Below, piece after piece: positions 38,249-51,848 of a DNA stretch of 64,000 nt. This DNA comes from Octopus vulgaris. Lineage: Eukaryota. The stretch spans positions 94,550,001 to 94,614,000 of the forward strand of contig OX597819.1 in NCBI GenBank assembly GCA_951406725.2, written 5' to 3'. Position 1 is the stretch's first letter, and each line of letters starts with the position of its first letter. The position numbers and the translations under genes were made by a program. The notes beneath the pieces are model-generated. The model did no database searches. It was not told the origin of the DNA and was given only the letters and a program-made list of their open reading frames with translations.

Positions 38249-39413
38249 CAGTTGCGGCCAAAATGTTCAGAACGGCATTGTTTTCGCCAGAAAAGTAGGT
38301 ATAAGTTTTATCAAAGTTGTTTTATATTCTATAATTTTTACAGACAATAAATACGATATTAATTGTTATTGTCTGAGATTTTGGTGTAATTTGAGAGGAT
38401 AATACAAAAGTTATGGATGATTTAGTGATTTACTGCAAAACCCATGGCAGCCAAAAGGATCAGAACGGTTGCTTTTACTCCATGTTTTAGTATATTTAAC
38501 CGGCGAACTCTAATGTTTTGAATTTGTTTACGTGACGGTTTGTTTACTAAACATAAGTAAGAATATCTGCAGTGTACTTTGTTAATATAATGCCACTTAC
38601 TCCGTTATCAATTCGTCAGCAGATTATTAAGCTTCGAAAGAAGGATAATTTAAGTATTGGGTCTATTGCAAAGATTGTTAACAAGTCAAAAAGTGTTGTT
38701 CATGGTATTCTTAAGGTCTTCGATGATTGTGGTTCGTGTGAAGCAAGAAAGTCTACAGATAGGCCAAGAAAAACGACCAAGAGAGAAGATCGTGCTATGG
38801 TAAAGTTGGTTAAAAAGGACAGATTTAAAACTGCTGCTGCTGTTTCTCGGGAAATGAGCATTGTACTGAAGAAAATGTTATCTCGAAAAACTTGTCTCAT
38901 CGTTTAGTTGAACATGACCTACAAGCAAGATCACCAGCAGTGAAGCCACTGATCAGCTCCAAAAATAAAAAGTGTTGTCTTACCTTTGCAACCGAACATG
39001 TGTTGTGGTCTCAAGAAAAATGGCAAACGGTGCATTTCAGTGATGAATCTAAGTTTATGTTATTTGGCTCAGATGGGAAAAGGTACATTCGTTGAAAAGT
39101 AGGTGAAAAATTGTCGCCTAAATGCCTTAAGACTAGTGTTAAATTCGGTAGAGGAAATGTCATGGTTTGGGGGATGATATCTGGAGATGGTGTTGGCCCT
39201 TTGGTGCGATTACATGGAAAGGTAAATGCAGGAGTTTATAAACAACTTGTAAAAGATCATGTCTTGCCTGTGCTGAGAAATTCAACTAAGCGACCACCCA
39301 TATTCATGCAGGACAATGCCCCATGTCACAAGGCTAAGGTGGTCATGAACTTCCTCAAGGCTGAAAAGGTTATTATTATGGATTGGCCTGCTCAAAGCCC
39401 AGATCTTCACTAA
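38249..39413 (+). mobile_element. Tc1 transposon, 3'-truncated, frameshifted DDE transposase
   Basis: Left end TA|CAGTTGCGGCCAAAA. Motifs RPRKTT, VHFSDESKF, VMVWG, FMQDNAPCH and WPAQSPDL. Confidence 0.92.
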
Positions 39414-39789
39414 CTTAGATCTTTCATTAACAAATAGAGAAAAAATTTACATTGTTTTTAGTATGTCACTTTCCTATGGTCAGGTTCTACCTATTACTAA
39501 CACCATATAACTAGCAAGAAAATAAGAGAGCCTCAATAAATGTATTTGCTCAACCTGCTAGAAATAGAAACCAAATCTTCTTCAAATCACAGCCTACTGC
39601 TTTACGAAAGGAAAGGACACACTGATTAATGTATGTGATACCAGGCATACTTTTAAAATGACTGAAATGCCTTAGAACATAGATCTGCTTAATCAGGATT
39701 GGCCTGGAGTCAATGTCATTTAATATACAGCCCATCTCACAGTTATGAACCCTACTCAATTCCTTGGGATGAGAATATGTGGGCAACTA

Positions 39790-42625
39790 GAGGGATTAAA
39801 AATAAAACCTATCAAAAAATCAAAAAGGCTTCTCATAACAGTAGAAAAATGCCTGAAACAAATTTGGCCCGAAATTACCTACATCAACCGTGGAAAAAGA
39901 TTCGGTACAGTGGAAGTAAGATTTAAAACAGAAGAAGCAGTGAAAAAGTACTCCTCGGAGACACTCAAAACAGAGGAGGTGGTTATTCTTCCAATATACA
40001 TGGGGAAGAAGAACATCAAAAATAAAAATAAATAACATTCCCCCTGAAGTGTATGTCACTTGTTTAGTGGCAGCAATAACATTAGGCCTGGATGAAAAAA
40101 TAAATATTCTCCAGGCCTCAGTGAAAGAAGAAGAGCATTGGAAGGGGCAATGCTTGACGATGGCAATTCAAGCGGAAGTAGCAACATTAGAAGAAATTCC
40201 AGAAGCCATAAATGTTGGCAGAGGTGAGAGACTGATAGTATACGTGGAAGGCAGAAAACTGAGATGCTTCAACTGCGGGTTGAAGGGACATATCAGGGCC
40301 GAGTGCCAACCAAAAGAGAAGGAAAGAAAAGAACACCAGATGAGACAACACTTGTACCAACAAAAGAAACACCAGCACCAACACCTAAAGATGTTCCATC
40401 ACCAGCGACAGAAGAAAGTGAAGAGAAAGACAGAGAGGAGGGATGGTCGACTACTTCTAAGAAAAGAAAAAAAAACAGACAGCCCCTCCCAAATTGAATA
40501 TAAAAAAGAAAAATGAACAAGAGAAAGACAATACGTACATGGCCATAAAGGCCTCAAACAACAGACTAGTCAACCGTTTGGCAGTTATCCCAACTGCCAA
40601 ACGAGTTGAAAAAACTACATCGAAAGACTTCCTTATCTACATGATAGGCCAGAAGGATTACAGGTGGATTAAATCCGAATTCTTCCACGACGTAGGCCCT
40701 CTAAGAATGGATTTTTCTTCATATTTACGAGGGCCTATGTCCAAATACGCCACGAGCCCGAGAAAAAGGATGAAGGAACGCCAAACCACTGATACTGAGG
40801 TAAGTAATGTCTAACATTCATGTTGGTTGCTTAAATGTGCGTGGCCTGAGATCAAGCTGGAAGCAGGGTCGCTTCTTTAATGATATCAGGTCGCGGAATT
40901 TGGATGTCATTGTCACTACAAAAACCCGGTTACAGGGGCCAAGAGATCTGCTCCCGCTGTTGAATGGCTACGAGAGTTTTTTTCTCTCCAGGCAGTCCTA
41001 TCGGCGGGAGTGGGGTGTTGGGCTTATTAAAAAGAAACCAGGTTTTTGAGAAAAAGTTAATTTTTTCAGATCCAGAAGGTAGGCTGCTCGTTATGGATTT
41101 GACGTTCAGTAACAGTAAAGTTATCAAACTGGTTGCAATTTATGCACCCTCATCATCATCTGGGCAAAGTGAGTATTTTCGAGAGCTAGAGAAGTTTCTT
41201 AGTACTTCACATTCATTAGTTGTGCTAGGAGACTACAACACAATTTACAAGGCGGATGTAGATTATGTTGGCTCGTGTACAGATAGAAAGGGTAACCCTG
41301 GCTTCCTGGAACTGCCAAGACGCTTTGAGCTAGCAGATCCTTATAGGTTAGAATTTCCAAACGCTCCATTGTGGACATGGTCAAATAGCGATGGATCTTC
41401 CAGGTCTTACATAGATAGAATACTAATTAGAAAAGCAGATAGAGAAATAGCTAAGTGTCCACAGTTTTACCCGGTCAGCTAGTGACCATAAAATGGTCAC
41501 CTGTAAGCTTGACATAGATAAGGTATATAAGAAAGGCTCCGGTTATTGGTAACTTAATACATCCCTTTTGGCGATTAAGGAGTACAGAGACAGGATTAGG
41601 ACTTTGATTCAGAGGGCACTATCTGGTGCCATCATTAATAATAAATGGTGGTATGCTCTCAAGCAAGCCATAAAATTCGAGTCTATTAGATATAGCATAG
41701 GATTAGTGGCTTTTATATTTCATGTCCTGATACATTTCCTGCTGTGGGGGGGTTCCACCACATTCTTCTATAGAGGGCTGGTAGAGGCGGAATGTGACGA
41801 TACTTTAGGGGAAACCCTAGGTCTCGATGATAATCAGCTGGCCAGTCTGTTCCAACGTACATTCGGGCCAAAGACCCTGGACAACTTTCAGAAGTCTCTG
41901 GCATGGCAGTGTTACAGAGGAGCTCTACCTGTTCGGGACAAACTCGCAAGGCATGGTGGCTGAGGCAATCCGACATGTCAAAGATGCGAGCGGGATAGGG
42001 AAACCGTCCTGCTGTTGTTCAATGTCCGGAGGGGTCAGAGGTGTGGGTTTGTGCTGAACAACTGTTGTCAAACACACGAAGAGTACAGCTGTCAACTGAG
42101 TCTATTGTAAAAATTGACCCACCGGATTTCCTCTCGAAAGAAGGTAAGAATTGTTTTCTCTGTGTAGTTGCAATTGCAAGAGAGGTGATTTGGAAGATAA
42201 GGCTGAAAGGGATAGAGTCAGGCAATTTCATCTCTGGCCCTGGATTGATGAATTACTTCATCTTCCACCTGAAAAGGAAAAAAGGGCTGGAGAGAAAATG
42301 CTTGACTGAGAAAGTGTTCGAAAAACGATGGAAGAACGTAGCACAGATGTTGCATATGAATGGTCCCTTATAAATGTGGGACAGGATGAAACCAAGGTAT
42401 CAGTGGCGAGGCAGAGCTCGTGGGATCTGAGCTAAACCTGCCCCCCACTCCATCTGTAATGTCCTCCGGTCTGTCCCATCATTCGATTTTTCAATTTTAT
42501 TGTGATTCATAATTATGTGTTAAAATTTTAAAATTCATATTCTATGTAAAACCTTTCGTACATCTGACCCCAAATCAGATTGTGTTGTCCCCTCTTTGTT
42601 CACCCCTTGTGGGTAATAAAAAATC
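39790..42625 (+). mobile_element. L1/Tx1-clade LINE copy D: ORF1, APE, RT deleted, C-terminal zinc finger and 3' end
   Basis: ORF1 has RGKRFGTVEVRF and CFNCGLKGHIRAEC. ORF2 runs MSNIHVGCLNVRGL, SDH, and then jumps at ~41710 to the C-terminus. Family 3' terminus and AATAAA at ~42615. Confidence 0.9.
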
Positions 42626-42629
42626 ACAG

Positions 42630-43455
42630 CCGCTTCTACTGAGTACTGCTGTTGGTTTATTTCTTATACATAAAGGACCATAGCTTCAACTGCGTACTGC
42701 TTTTTGATTCACCGTAAGGTTTGTCATTATTACTGTTTAACTATTGTTATCACGTTTGTTGGTTCCTCATAAGGGAAGCGTTGTTGTGTGGCATTTGTTA
42801 AATAATTGTAAACTATAACCCTCCCCCTTTGGGAGAAGGAGCTTTGGTTATTGTTTAAAAATTGAATTGTGTCCCTGTTTTGGGAAATTGACAATATTTT
42901 CACCGTTTATACGGAAGCATTTTTGTTAAAATGCCTTCGATAGAAGAAAGTCCAAAAATGAATTTCGCTGCAGCCATCAGTGGGCGCGAACTCATTAAAA
43001 TTAAAATGGAAGAAATACAAACCTATATCGGATTGATCACCGACAAAGACAGTGAATCTAGGATAACACCACCAAACGAAATAAAAAATTAAATTAAAGA
43101 AAAGACTATTGTCTATAAAGTATACAATGTAGAGACAAAAAAGATCTGAACACCTGGAGGAAAGCACCATCGAAAAGTGTCTTGGTGCAACTATGAAAGA
43201 TATCTAACCAGAGGCGGTAAATTTGCCACAATAGAAGCAAGGTTCGAGTCAATGGAGTGTGCAAGGGAGACCTCGACTAAAACCTTGCAAAGTGGAAATA
43301 TTTTATTTTTACCTTTATATCTGGGACGTAGGACGTCCCGGATAAAAATTTAAAATGTCCCCCCCAGAAGTAGAGGTAGGCTGGATTGTAGCCACACTTC
43401 TATACAAGAGGGAGGACAAGATATAATTGATCAAAATTGCAAGAGACGAGCCTAC
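42630..43455 (+). mobile_element. L1/Tx1-clade 5' UTR plus ORF1 fragment (copy E), directly after copy D
   Basis: Motifs MNFAAA, RGGKFATIEARFE and LPLYLGRRTSRIKI. The 5' UTR resembles 10480-10600. Confidence 0.75.
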
Positions 43456-43493
43456 AATTCCAGTTTGTTATATATTTTGAGTATTGTTATCAC

Positions 43494-43496
<3 letters not shown>

Positions 43497-43541
<45 letters not shown>
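43497..43541. repeat. (AT)n(AC)n microsatellite
   Basis: Seen directly. Confidence 0.95.
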
Positions 43542-46419
43542 TAATATACATACACTAGCACTATGACCCGGCAACGACGGGTCATAATGCTAGTATTATT
43601 ATAATCTGGGCTTTAAAAGACCTCACTTGTTTAATAAAGAGGTCAGGAGATTCTTTGGAGATCACCAAAGTAAGTTACTACATTAGTCATCATCCCCAGA
43701 GAATAATCATTGAATTATCTTCAGCAGTTTCACTGCTACACCATCTACAAATGCTTGGTGTATGCATGTATGTGCATACACAAACACACTAGAAAAATCA
43801 AAATCATAAAGGCAATAAGATATTATAAGGTGATGCTTTAGAAATCACAATAATTTAAACAAGTGTTTTAGTGAATGAATAAGTAAATGAAGACAACTGA
43901 ATTGGTTTTACTTTAGAAAATATCATCCTATTCCAAAAATTAGAGTTTAAATTATGAATGCCAGAAAAAGATGCAGGTTCTTTTTTTTTTTCCTGAACAA
44001 CTCCAAACAAGAATTTGGCTCTCCTTAGGTCACTCCCATCTTTTTATCTCCTATTTCCATGCTCACTCCCTGTCTGTTCATCACATTAACATGATCCTCA
44101 CTCCTCATCAAAAGATCACTTCACATACCAAGCTAACAAAAAAAAAATAATAAACAACCATTTCTATGTATACCTTTCAACAATTGAAAAATTCACTAAC
44201 CTATCACCACCACATATTTCATAGCCACTTGTTCACCAAGGTGGACATCATTCCCTCTAACTTTTGCAGTGCTACAATGTTGGCCTTGTCTGTATTTCAA
44301 CTATCGCCATTATCTTCATCTTCAATGAGCTATAGACAGTCAAAATATGACATGGCATTCTATCAAATATTGTTCATTGTGCCACTGAAATGTATGGCAG
44401 GCATCAAGGGGGCCTCAACCAAACCTCATCCCCAACAGAGACAAATATAGGTCTTTCTCATTTTTCTATGCCCAACATTACTAGACTCATATTCATACAT
44501 CATTCTTAGAGGTTCCATCTGCCTTCACTTAGGTAACATTCAAAGCACTGCTTTAATTGCAAAGATATATATACTTTCAACCTTGGCCTTAATTGTTCAA
44601 TGATGTCTCTTTCTAAGAAACAATTCCCACTCTCTCTAAAGAATTATTTGAAATTCCACTTGTTTAGCAACCCTTCAGTAATTTTGAATGATATGTGCTA
44701 CAATTGTCTGTAAATATCTCATTCACTGGGCCCCTCTTGCCAAAGAAATGTAATTCAGGGCCTGATATATTTAATCAGTCTCTACCCTAATCTCCCCATA
44801 TAGCCACAGATTTAGTGTCACATCAACTGCCAATCTCTGCAATCATAATACATATAATTATGATTACCAGAACTGACATTCATATTTCAGTACTATTCAC
44901 TCTACAGGACAACATATCTTCCAACAGCTGCCTTTATATTGCTATTCGCACTTCAGCTATCTATCATCTTTAGTCATTGTAGTGACTATGCAATCCATAT
45001 CAAGAGTACTCGATCCCCTCCTTCCCCCTCACCAAAACTTTCATTGTGGGCAATAAAGAAATGCCTGTACTTGATGATGGGGTGGCTCTTGGCACAAGAC
45101 TGATCACATCCTTAGCTACAAAACCTGTTCTATTCCATCAGTAGTAAAACAATTTAGGCTGGGCTCTCAAAATTCCTTGACCACATGTGGCCCTCAACAC
45201 TTAAAACACCTCTATTGGAATGTTCAATTGTCCCACTTTTTAGTTCTGCTTAAATTATGTCATCTCACTACACCCTGTCCCATCGTGGCCACTGCTGCAA
45301 GATTTTGAGTTTTGTTTAATAATCTATCACTGGTTACCAAATTTACCACAATCATGGTTCCAATATATGGCAACTACAGCATCTCTACTAAAATGTAATG
45401 AAGGAAGCCAGTCACAAACTACATTAACAAACCATCTCATTCTACCTTTGTGAATATCAACCTTCTGCAGAGATTCCAAGGTGCTCGTAGAGAAAAAATA
45501 CTACTCTTACTTGAATTCAAAACAAGTAGAGAAATTAAATTCTGACGATACCCATCCATCCCCAGAAAAAATGCAAGCCATTTTCTTCTCATCAACAACA
45601 CACATCTGGGCTCTCCTGACATCACTTCTAGTTTTGTGGAGGAGTTTTTGTCTCCAACCATCAACTTAGTTTATCATTCATTTTTCTATGCATACACTAA
45701 ATACTTTAGTTGCTGTGGTATTTTCAATTTCTGCAACTGTTGGCCTGATTATGATGTACCAGATTAAGAAATGTGCAGACCAAAAAATCATTTGGACTCA
45801 AAGTGAAAAACATGGATAATGTTATATACATGTCCCCACAAAACTGCATTTGTAGTTTGCTGATTATTGCTCCTTTAGAGCTTTCTACATCAACCACCAT
45901 CCTTTCTACAACATCCAGATAATTACATCAACTAATAAAGCAGCTGCTGTCAATCATCAAAATACTGAAAGGCAACAGCCTGCATGGGGAAAAAGAAAGA
46001 AGCAGTCACATCACAAAGAATCATGGCTAGAACATGTCACACAGAAGAGAACAGTAAAAGCAAACCACAACTCTCTTCACAAACTGACCATCAATGCCTC
46101 ATTAACACAAAGAGGAGAGTCTGCATGGCAAATCTAGATCATGGTTAAATGATCAGGTTGATGCAGAGAATATTTCTAACACCAATGATCTGCACAGATA
46201 TTTTGATACTGCAGACCATCTGATTGGCAGACAAATAACAACCTGTGCCAATCTTAAAGATGAGGCTGGTAACTCACTTTTGACCAAGGAAAGTTAGAAA
46301 CATTTCCATACCAATGAAAGACAACCTGTTGTCACTAAATAAATACCAGCTGGAATTTCCCTTAAAATCTGAAATCATCAAAGCAATCAATTTGCTCCAA
46401 CATATATCCTACGTATCAG

Positions 46420-49400
46420 TTCTTATTCACATGCAAACCAATCATCCTTTTACTGTCTCGGATACACCCTCTAGTCAATTTTCTCTCCGAAAGGTGGTGT
46501 CTGAACATATGCAGACCCTAATCTCCTTTAGATTTCAGCAACAATGACTTCCATTCACTCTGGCTAAAAGTCTCCTCACTCAACAAAACTTTAGATAGAT
46601 GTATTTGGGGGAATAGGGTACTTTAATTTCTCAAATCATCAGCAACTCTTTGATTATATCTCCTCCTGTATTGAGAACATCTATCTCACTTGTGCCCTCT
46701 CTGAAGTTATCAGCCTCAGTAACTTCAACGCTCACAATTCATCATAGCTCTCGCACTCTTCTGTCACTAGTGCTGTCAGTAAAGAAACCAAATTATTTGC
46801 TATTCTGAACTTTTTACACCAATTCATTTCATCTCCTACATAACTCAAAAGACCGCTACTCTCTTACCAAACCATAACTGTCTCTGCACATATGACACTA
46901 AAACCACTGCATCACAACTGCCCACCATACAGCCACATACTACACAACTCCTTCCCTCTGGACCCTATGGTACTATACAGTCACCGGAAGTAACTTGCTA
47001 GGACATCGGAAATACATCTGCCATCACCAGAGAAAACAAAGCAACTACCCCCAGTGACTTGCCTGACCTTTCATTGGACAAAAGCTACCTACCTGCCATT
47101 CTATTGGACACTGGCTAAACATCACTGCTGATACTTTTGTATAAATAGACATCATAAATCGCTGTAAAGGCAGTTGGCTTTTAGCTTTGTTAAAATCCAC
47201 ACAAGTCTTTGTCAGTCTGTTTCTTGACTATTGTTGTATGAATTTGTGTTGAACTCTTGTTAAAAAATTGTTTTGTTAAAAAGTGTTATTTTGAACTGTT
47301 ACTGGCTTTGAACCAGAAAAACATTGTTACTCCCCTCCATAAGGAGGGGAAAGTGCTGTGCATTGTAGCACAATAAAAAAAAATAAAAGATAAAAAAAGC
47401 ACACACAATTCTTTAAAAAATGAACAAAGAAAACATTTTTTCATCTGAAAAAATGTCTGGAAAAAAAATGTCTGACGAAGGTTCGCCTTCAAAAGAAACT
47501 AGTAGGTTCACCTACATCAAAAATTGCCAAAAATATGTCTGAAATAGATGCAACCAAATTGAAAAGTTGTTGAAGGTTCGCCTTCTGATGAAGCTGTGAA
47601 AGCAGCCAAAGGAAAAAAAAATGATAAGACTATAACATACAATTTCGCAGCCGCTGCAGGAAGGAAAACGGAAGAAATTAAGATGGAAGAGATAGACTAC
47701 GAGTGTTATAAAACCATGTTCACAAGGGAGGGGAACAATGTAAAAGCAGCCCTTCCACAAGTAATTAGAGAGGAAACTTTAAAAAGAATTATAATTTACA
47801 AGTCATATATAATAAAAGAAAAAAAGATCGAGAAGGTGTCAAAGGAACAAGCGGAGAAGTGCCTTCAACCAGTATGGAACGATGTGGATTATGTGACGTG
47901 GGGGAAGAAGTACGCCACTATAGAGGTGTACTTCAGAGACGAGGAAATGGCGAAAAAGCATTCCTTAACCCTAATCAAAACGAGCGAGAAAATTCTTCTA
48001 CCCTCCTATTTGGGGCGAAGAACATCAAAAATAAGGATCGAAGACATACCCCCAGAAATTGAGGTGAAGTGGCTGCTTCCAGCCTTATTAATGGGGCTGG
48101 AGAGAAAAATAAGAGTGGTAAATATCACAAAGATAAAAAAGAAAATTGGAGAGGCCAGACACTACATATAATAATACAGGCAGTCCCAGAAACGCTGGAG
48201 GAGGTCCCGGGCTGGAAAAGAAAATAAATATCATTAACATTACAAAACTTCAAAAAGAAAACTGGAGAGGCCAGACGCTGCAGATAACAGTGCAGACAGC
48301 CCCAGAAACTCTGGAGGAGGTCCCGGAGAATATAAATTTTGACGAAGAAATAAACTTGTGGGTGGTGGTGGAGAGGCGAAAGCCAAGATGCTATGAGTGT
48401 GGCGAAAAGGGCCACATCCGTGCGGAATGCCCCACCCGCAAGAAAGAGGAGGAAAAAAGAAAGACTGAAGAGGCGAAGAAGAGCAGAGACAGAAGAAGAA
48501 AAGATAAAGGAAGATGAAAATGCCTTCACACTGGTGAGGAAAAAGAAAAAAAAGGAAGAACGATGACCTAAACCCACCCATCCCATGTACAAAGAAAACA
48601 AACACCCAGGGGGGAAAATCTACCCCACCCAACCACGGTTCCCCACAAAAAGGAAAAAAAAGAAGACCCCCCCCAGCCCAACCTGAACCACCCCCACCCA
48701 GCAGTGCCGAGCAATTCCCTCCCCTCCCAAACTTCTCCCAGTGTTCCCCCCCATCATACTCCCCGCTGTCCTCCCCATCACCCCCACAAAGCCCTAAAAA
48801 GATTATTGAATTCAAGACAGTATTTGTCTCTATAAACAAAGATAATGACAGACTAAAAAATCAAATAGAGAAAATACCAACAGCAAAAAAAATACAGACA
48901 CATAAAATACTTCCCAAGAATGTTGAAATCTACGAAATAGATAGAATGAACTTTAACATTATAAGAGAGGAGTACTCAGGGTATATTAATGGTCCGCGAC
49001 TCGACCTTCACGAGTCACTATTTAAAGCGGACTTCCCCCCCCCCCCCCCCACGACCAACAGGGAAAAAATAACAACTAAAAAGGTAAGTAATGTCTCGTA
49101 TTTATGCAGGGTGTATAAATGTGCGTGGCCTGATGTCGAACTGGAAGCAAGGGCACCTCTTAAATGACATCAGGTCACGAGATTTAGATGTTGCCACAGA
49201 AACCCGGTTAAAGGGGCCAAGAGATCTGCTCCCGCTGTTTGATGGTTACGAGGGAATTATCTCTTCGAGTCGTTCGTCTAGCGGAAGCGGGGTGTTGGTC
49301 CTCTGTAAAAAGAACCGGCTGTCTAGGAAAAAGTTAATTTTTTTCAGATCCAGAAGGTAGGCTGGTCGTCGTTGATTTGACGTTCAGTAGTCGTAAGACA

Positions 49401-50900
49401 ATCAGGCTGGTTGCGATTTACGCACCCAACCAAAAGGGGCAAAGTGATTATTTTCGGAACCTTGGAAAGTTTCTGAGTACATTGCACCCTTTAGTAATTT
49501 TAGGAGACTTCAACACAATATGCGATGCGCGGGTAGACTGTGAAGGCTCGCGTACAGATAGGAAAGGAAATGCTTGCTTCCAGGATCTACTAAGACGTTT
49601 TGAGCTGGTAGATCCATATAGACTGGAACATCAGAACGCTCCATTGTGGACATGGTCAAGCAGCAACGGATCTTCCAAGTCATACATAGACAGGATACTA
49701 ATTAGAAAGGTAGATAGAAACCTAGCTAAGAGTCCACAGAGAAAGCACCTACCCTCACAGCCCACTCTACATACCCATGACCAATCTAACAACCTTCCCA
49801 CTGTTTAAACACATGCCGTGTGCAGAAGTACTTTCCACTACTTTAAACAAATCACTGACAATGCCCCTTCCATTATACATAAACAATGCATCCTTGAACT
49901 TGCCCCTATAATCACCTAACTCATCTCTTACTCTCTAAGGGGATATGCCCAGGCATTTAGAAATAGACTTCAGTGTGTCCTACTCTAAAGAAAGGAAACA
50001 CCAACTCAGCTAACATCTGCAAGATAGTAGAGACAGCTATTAAAAATGTTTTCCATTACCTTGAATTTCTCTCTCTCTCTCCTTAGCTTTTGCAGAGTTT
50101 AGCTTTTGCAGAGCCTTATCCACTGGAGAAAATACTTTCTTACATCACACATCAGTGGATTCTGACAATGTTGCTCTTGAGATTAGCAAAGCTAGCAGCA
50201 TATTTGGTATTCAAATCTAAAGAAAAAAAACATTTTCAGTCTCCACCCATCTTTAACTTATTGGACAAGTAGCTTTCTATCAGATTACACCACTGGAACA
50301 TATATTGATGGAGCTCTTTCTCCCCTACTCTTAATTCTGGAACTCTTCAGGGTTCAGTTTTGTTCCCTAATCTCTTCCTTCTACATATTCACCAATTTAC
50401 CACCACATCCAGCGATGTCCACTCTTATGCAGATGATACAACCTTTTGTTCCTTCCTCAGTCACACACACACATGGATACCACATACCAAATTTTCACCG
50501 ATTCCATAAATAGAGACCTTGAGAGCATCCTCCAGTGAAGTCATGCAGCAAAATCTCAAGCACTACTCATATCAAGAAAACATTACTACACCACAGTCCC
50601 CTCTAAACACGAGCAGCACTCCAATAAGAGCTTGCACAGTCACTGCAAGCGTCAGGCCTCACTGTCATTAAAGATTTCTTTGGGGGAAAAAATACATAAT
50701 TAAGACCACAACCCCAAAACTAACCCTTCTCTTTAGGACCAGCAATATTTCTGTTCCCCAAGCCTCAAGTGAGACCCACAATGGAGTACTTCTCATATCT
50801 GGGATGAAGTAGCTGCTATACATACTGACATCCTGGACCAAATCCAGAGCCAGTACACTATAATGGCTTCTGCTACTTGTAGCTAGTTGGCCTTGTACTT
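46420..50900 (+). mobile_element. Old CR1/Jockey-like LINE (APE remnant ~46420-46970, RT remnant ~49740-50900), split by Tx1-like copies
   Basis: APE remnant NFNAHNSS. RT remnants LKKGN, SGTLQGSVLFPNLFLL and SYADDTT. Confidence 0.6.
47170..49739 (+). mobile_element. L1/Tx1-clade copies F/G: 5' UTR, chimeric ORF1, APE; 3'-truncated
   Basis: ORF1 has WGKKYATIEVYF and CYECGEKGHIRAEC plus a Pro-rich region. ORF2 has MSRIYAGCINVRGL, LGDFN and YIDRIL. 48620-49737 closely matches 13320-14435. Confidence 0.88.
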
Positions 50901-51629
50901 CCACTACTCAGATGTCTCTCTTGTTACCCATGTTGTATCCATCCACCAACCCCACATTAACCATTAAGCCCTTTCTTCAGAACATCAACCCTCTGGACTA
51001 TCTCCACCTGCTCAAGTGTCACCCATAGATGCTGACCTGCAACAGTTTAAACAGAAAATGGGATCTATATTACAATTTTGGAAGGCATATAAGAGTCATG
51101 GGTATTGCAACATCTTTCAGAGTGAGCAAGTAAAAACCATTACCCAGTTCAACATCAGCTGACATTTTGTTAGAAGCATTCAAGTGCCAGACCTCTGATT
51201 TGAGGCTACCTTCTTCCCTCCAGTCTCAGAGGCTCTGTAAAGAGCCTCCTCTCTCAATACAAAAAAAGACAGCAGGGCCAGATTGTGTCTATTGAGAGTT
51301 CAAGGAAATAATCAAAGATAGTGCTATACAAGCTGCCTTCAAATGTGCAGTATCCAGAAGGCTGGCAAGTTGTAACCCATGATAACAGTATCTACAAAGA
51401 TAACACCCCACAAAAAGACTGACAGTGGAAACTACTGTATTCTAACTTCAGTAAGTCATACCAGTAAGAGTTTTAAATGTGATGCCATCCAAACAAATTC
51501 AGCTATTATACTATATTGATCAGGGCCCAGGATACACATGAAGTTGTTTGATGACCAGAAATTTATGAATGGTGGCTGTAGATATATGTCTTACTCTGAG
51601 CCTATAGCAACATTAGGCTACATATGCTG

Positions 51630-51848
51630 ATGTTGATTTCAAATTTTGGCATAGGCTTGTAATTTCAAGGGAGAGAGTAAGTGAATGTAATCAACCTCAA
51701 TGCTCAACTGGTACTTATTTTATTGACCTTGAAAGGATGAAAGGTAAAGTCAACCTTGGCAGAATTTGAACTTGGAATGAGAAGACAGACAAAATACAGC
51801 TAAGCATTTTACTTGGCACAATAACAATTCTGCCAGCTCACCACCTTG
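51630..51848 (-). mobile_element. tRNA-derived SINE of a second family; degenerate relatives at ~445-630 (-) and ~5410-5575 (+)
   Basis: Minus strand reads AAGGTGGTGAGCTGGCAGAA...GTTCAAATTCTGCC.AGGTTGACTTTACCTTTCATCC...AAATAAGTACCAGT. Confidence 0.75.

Noticed and set aside
39584-42631. aaatcacagcc as a TSD for LINE copy D
   Set aside because: The left match lies ~200 bp before LINE homology begins, inside what appears to be another dispersed repeat.
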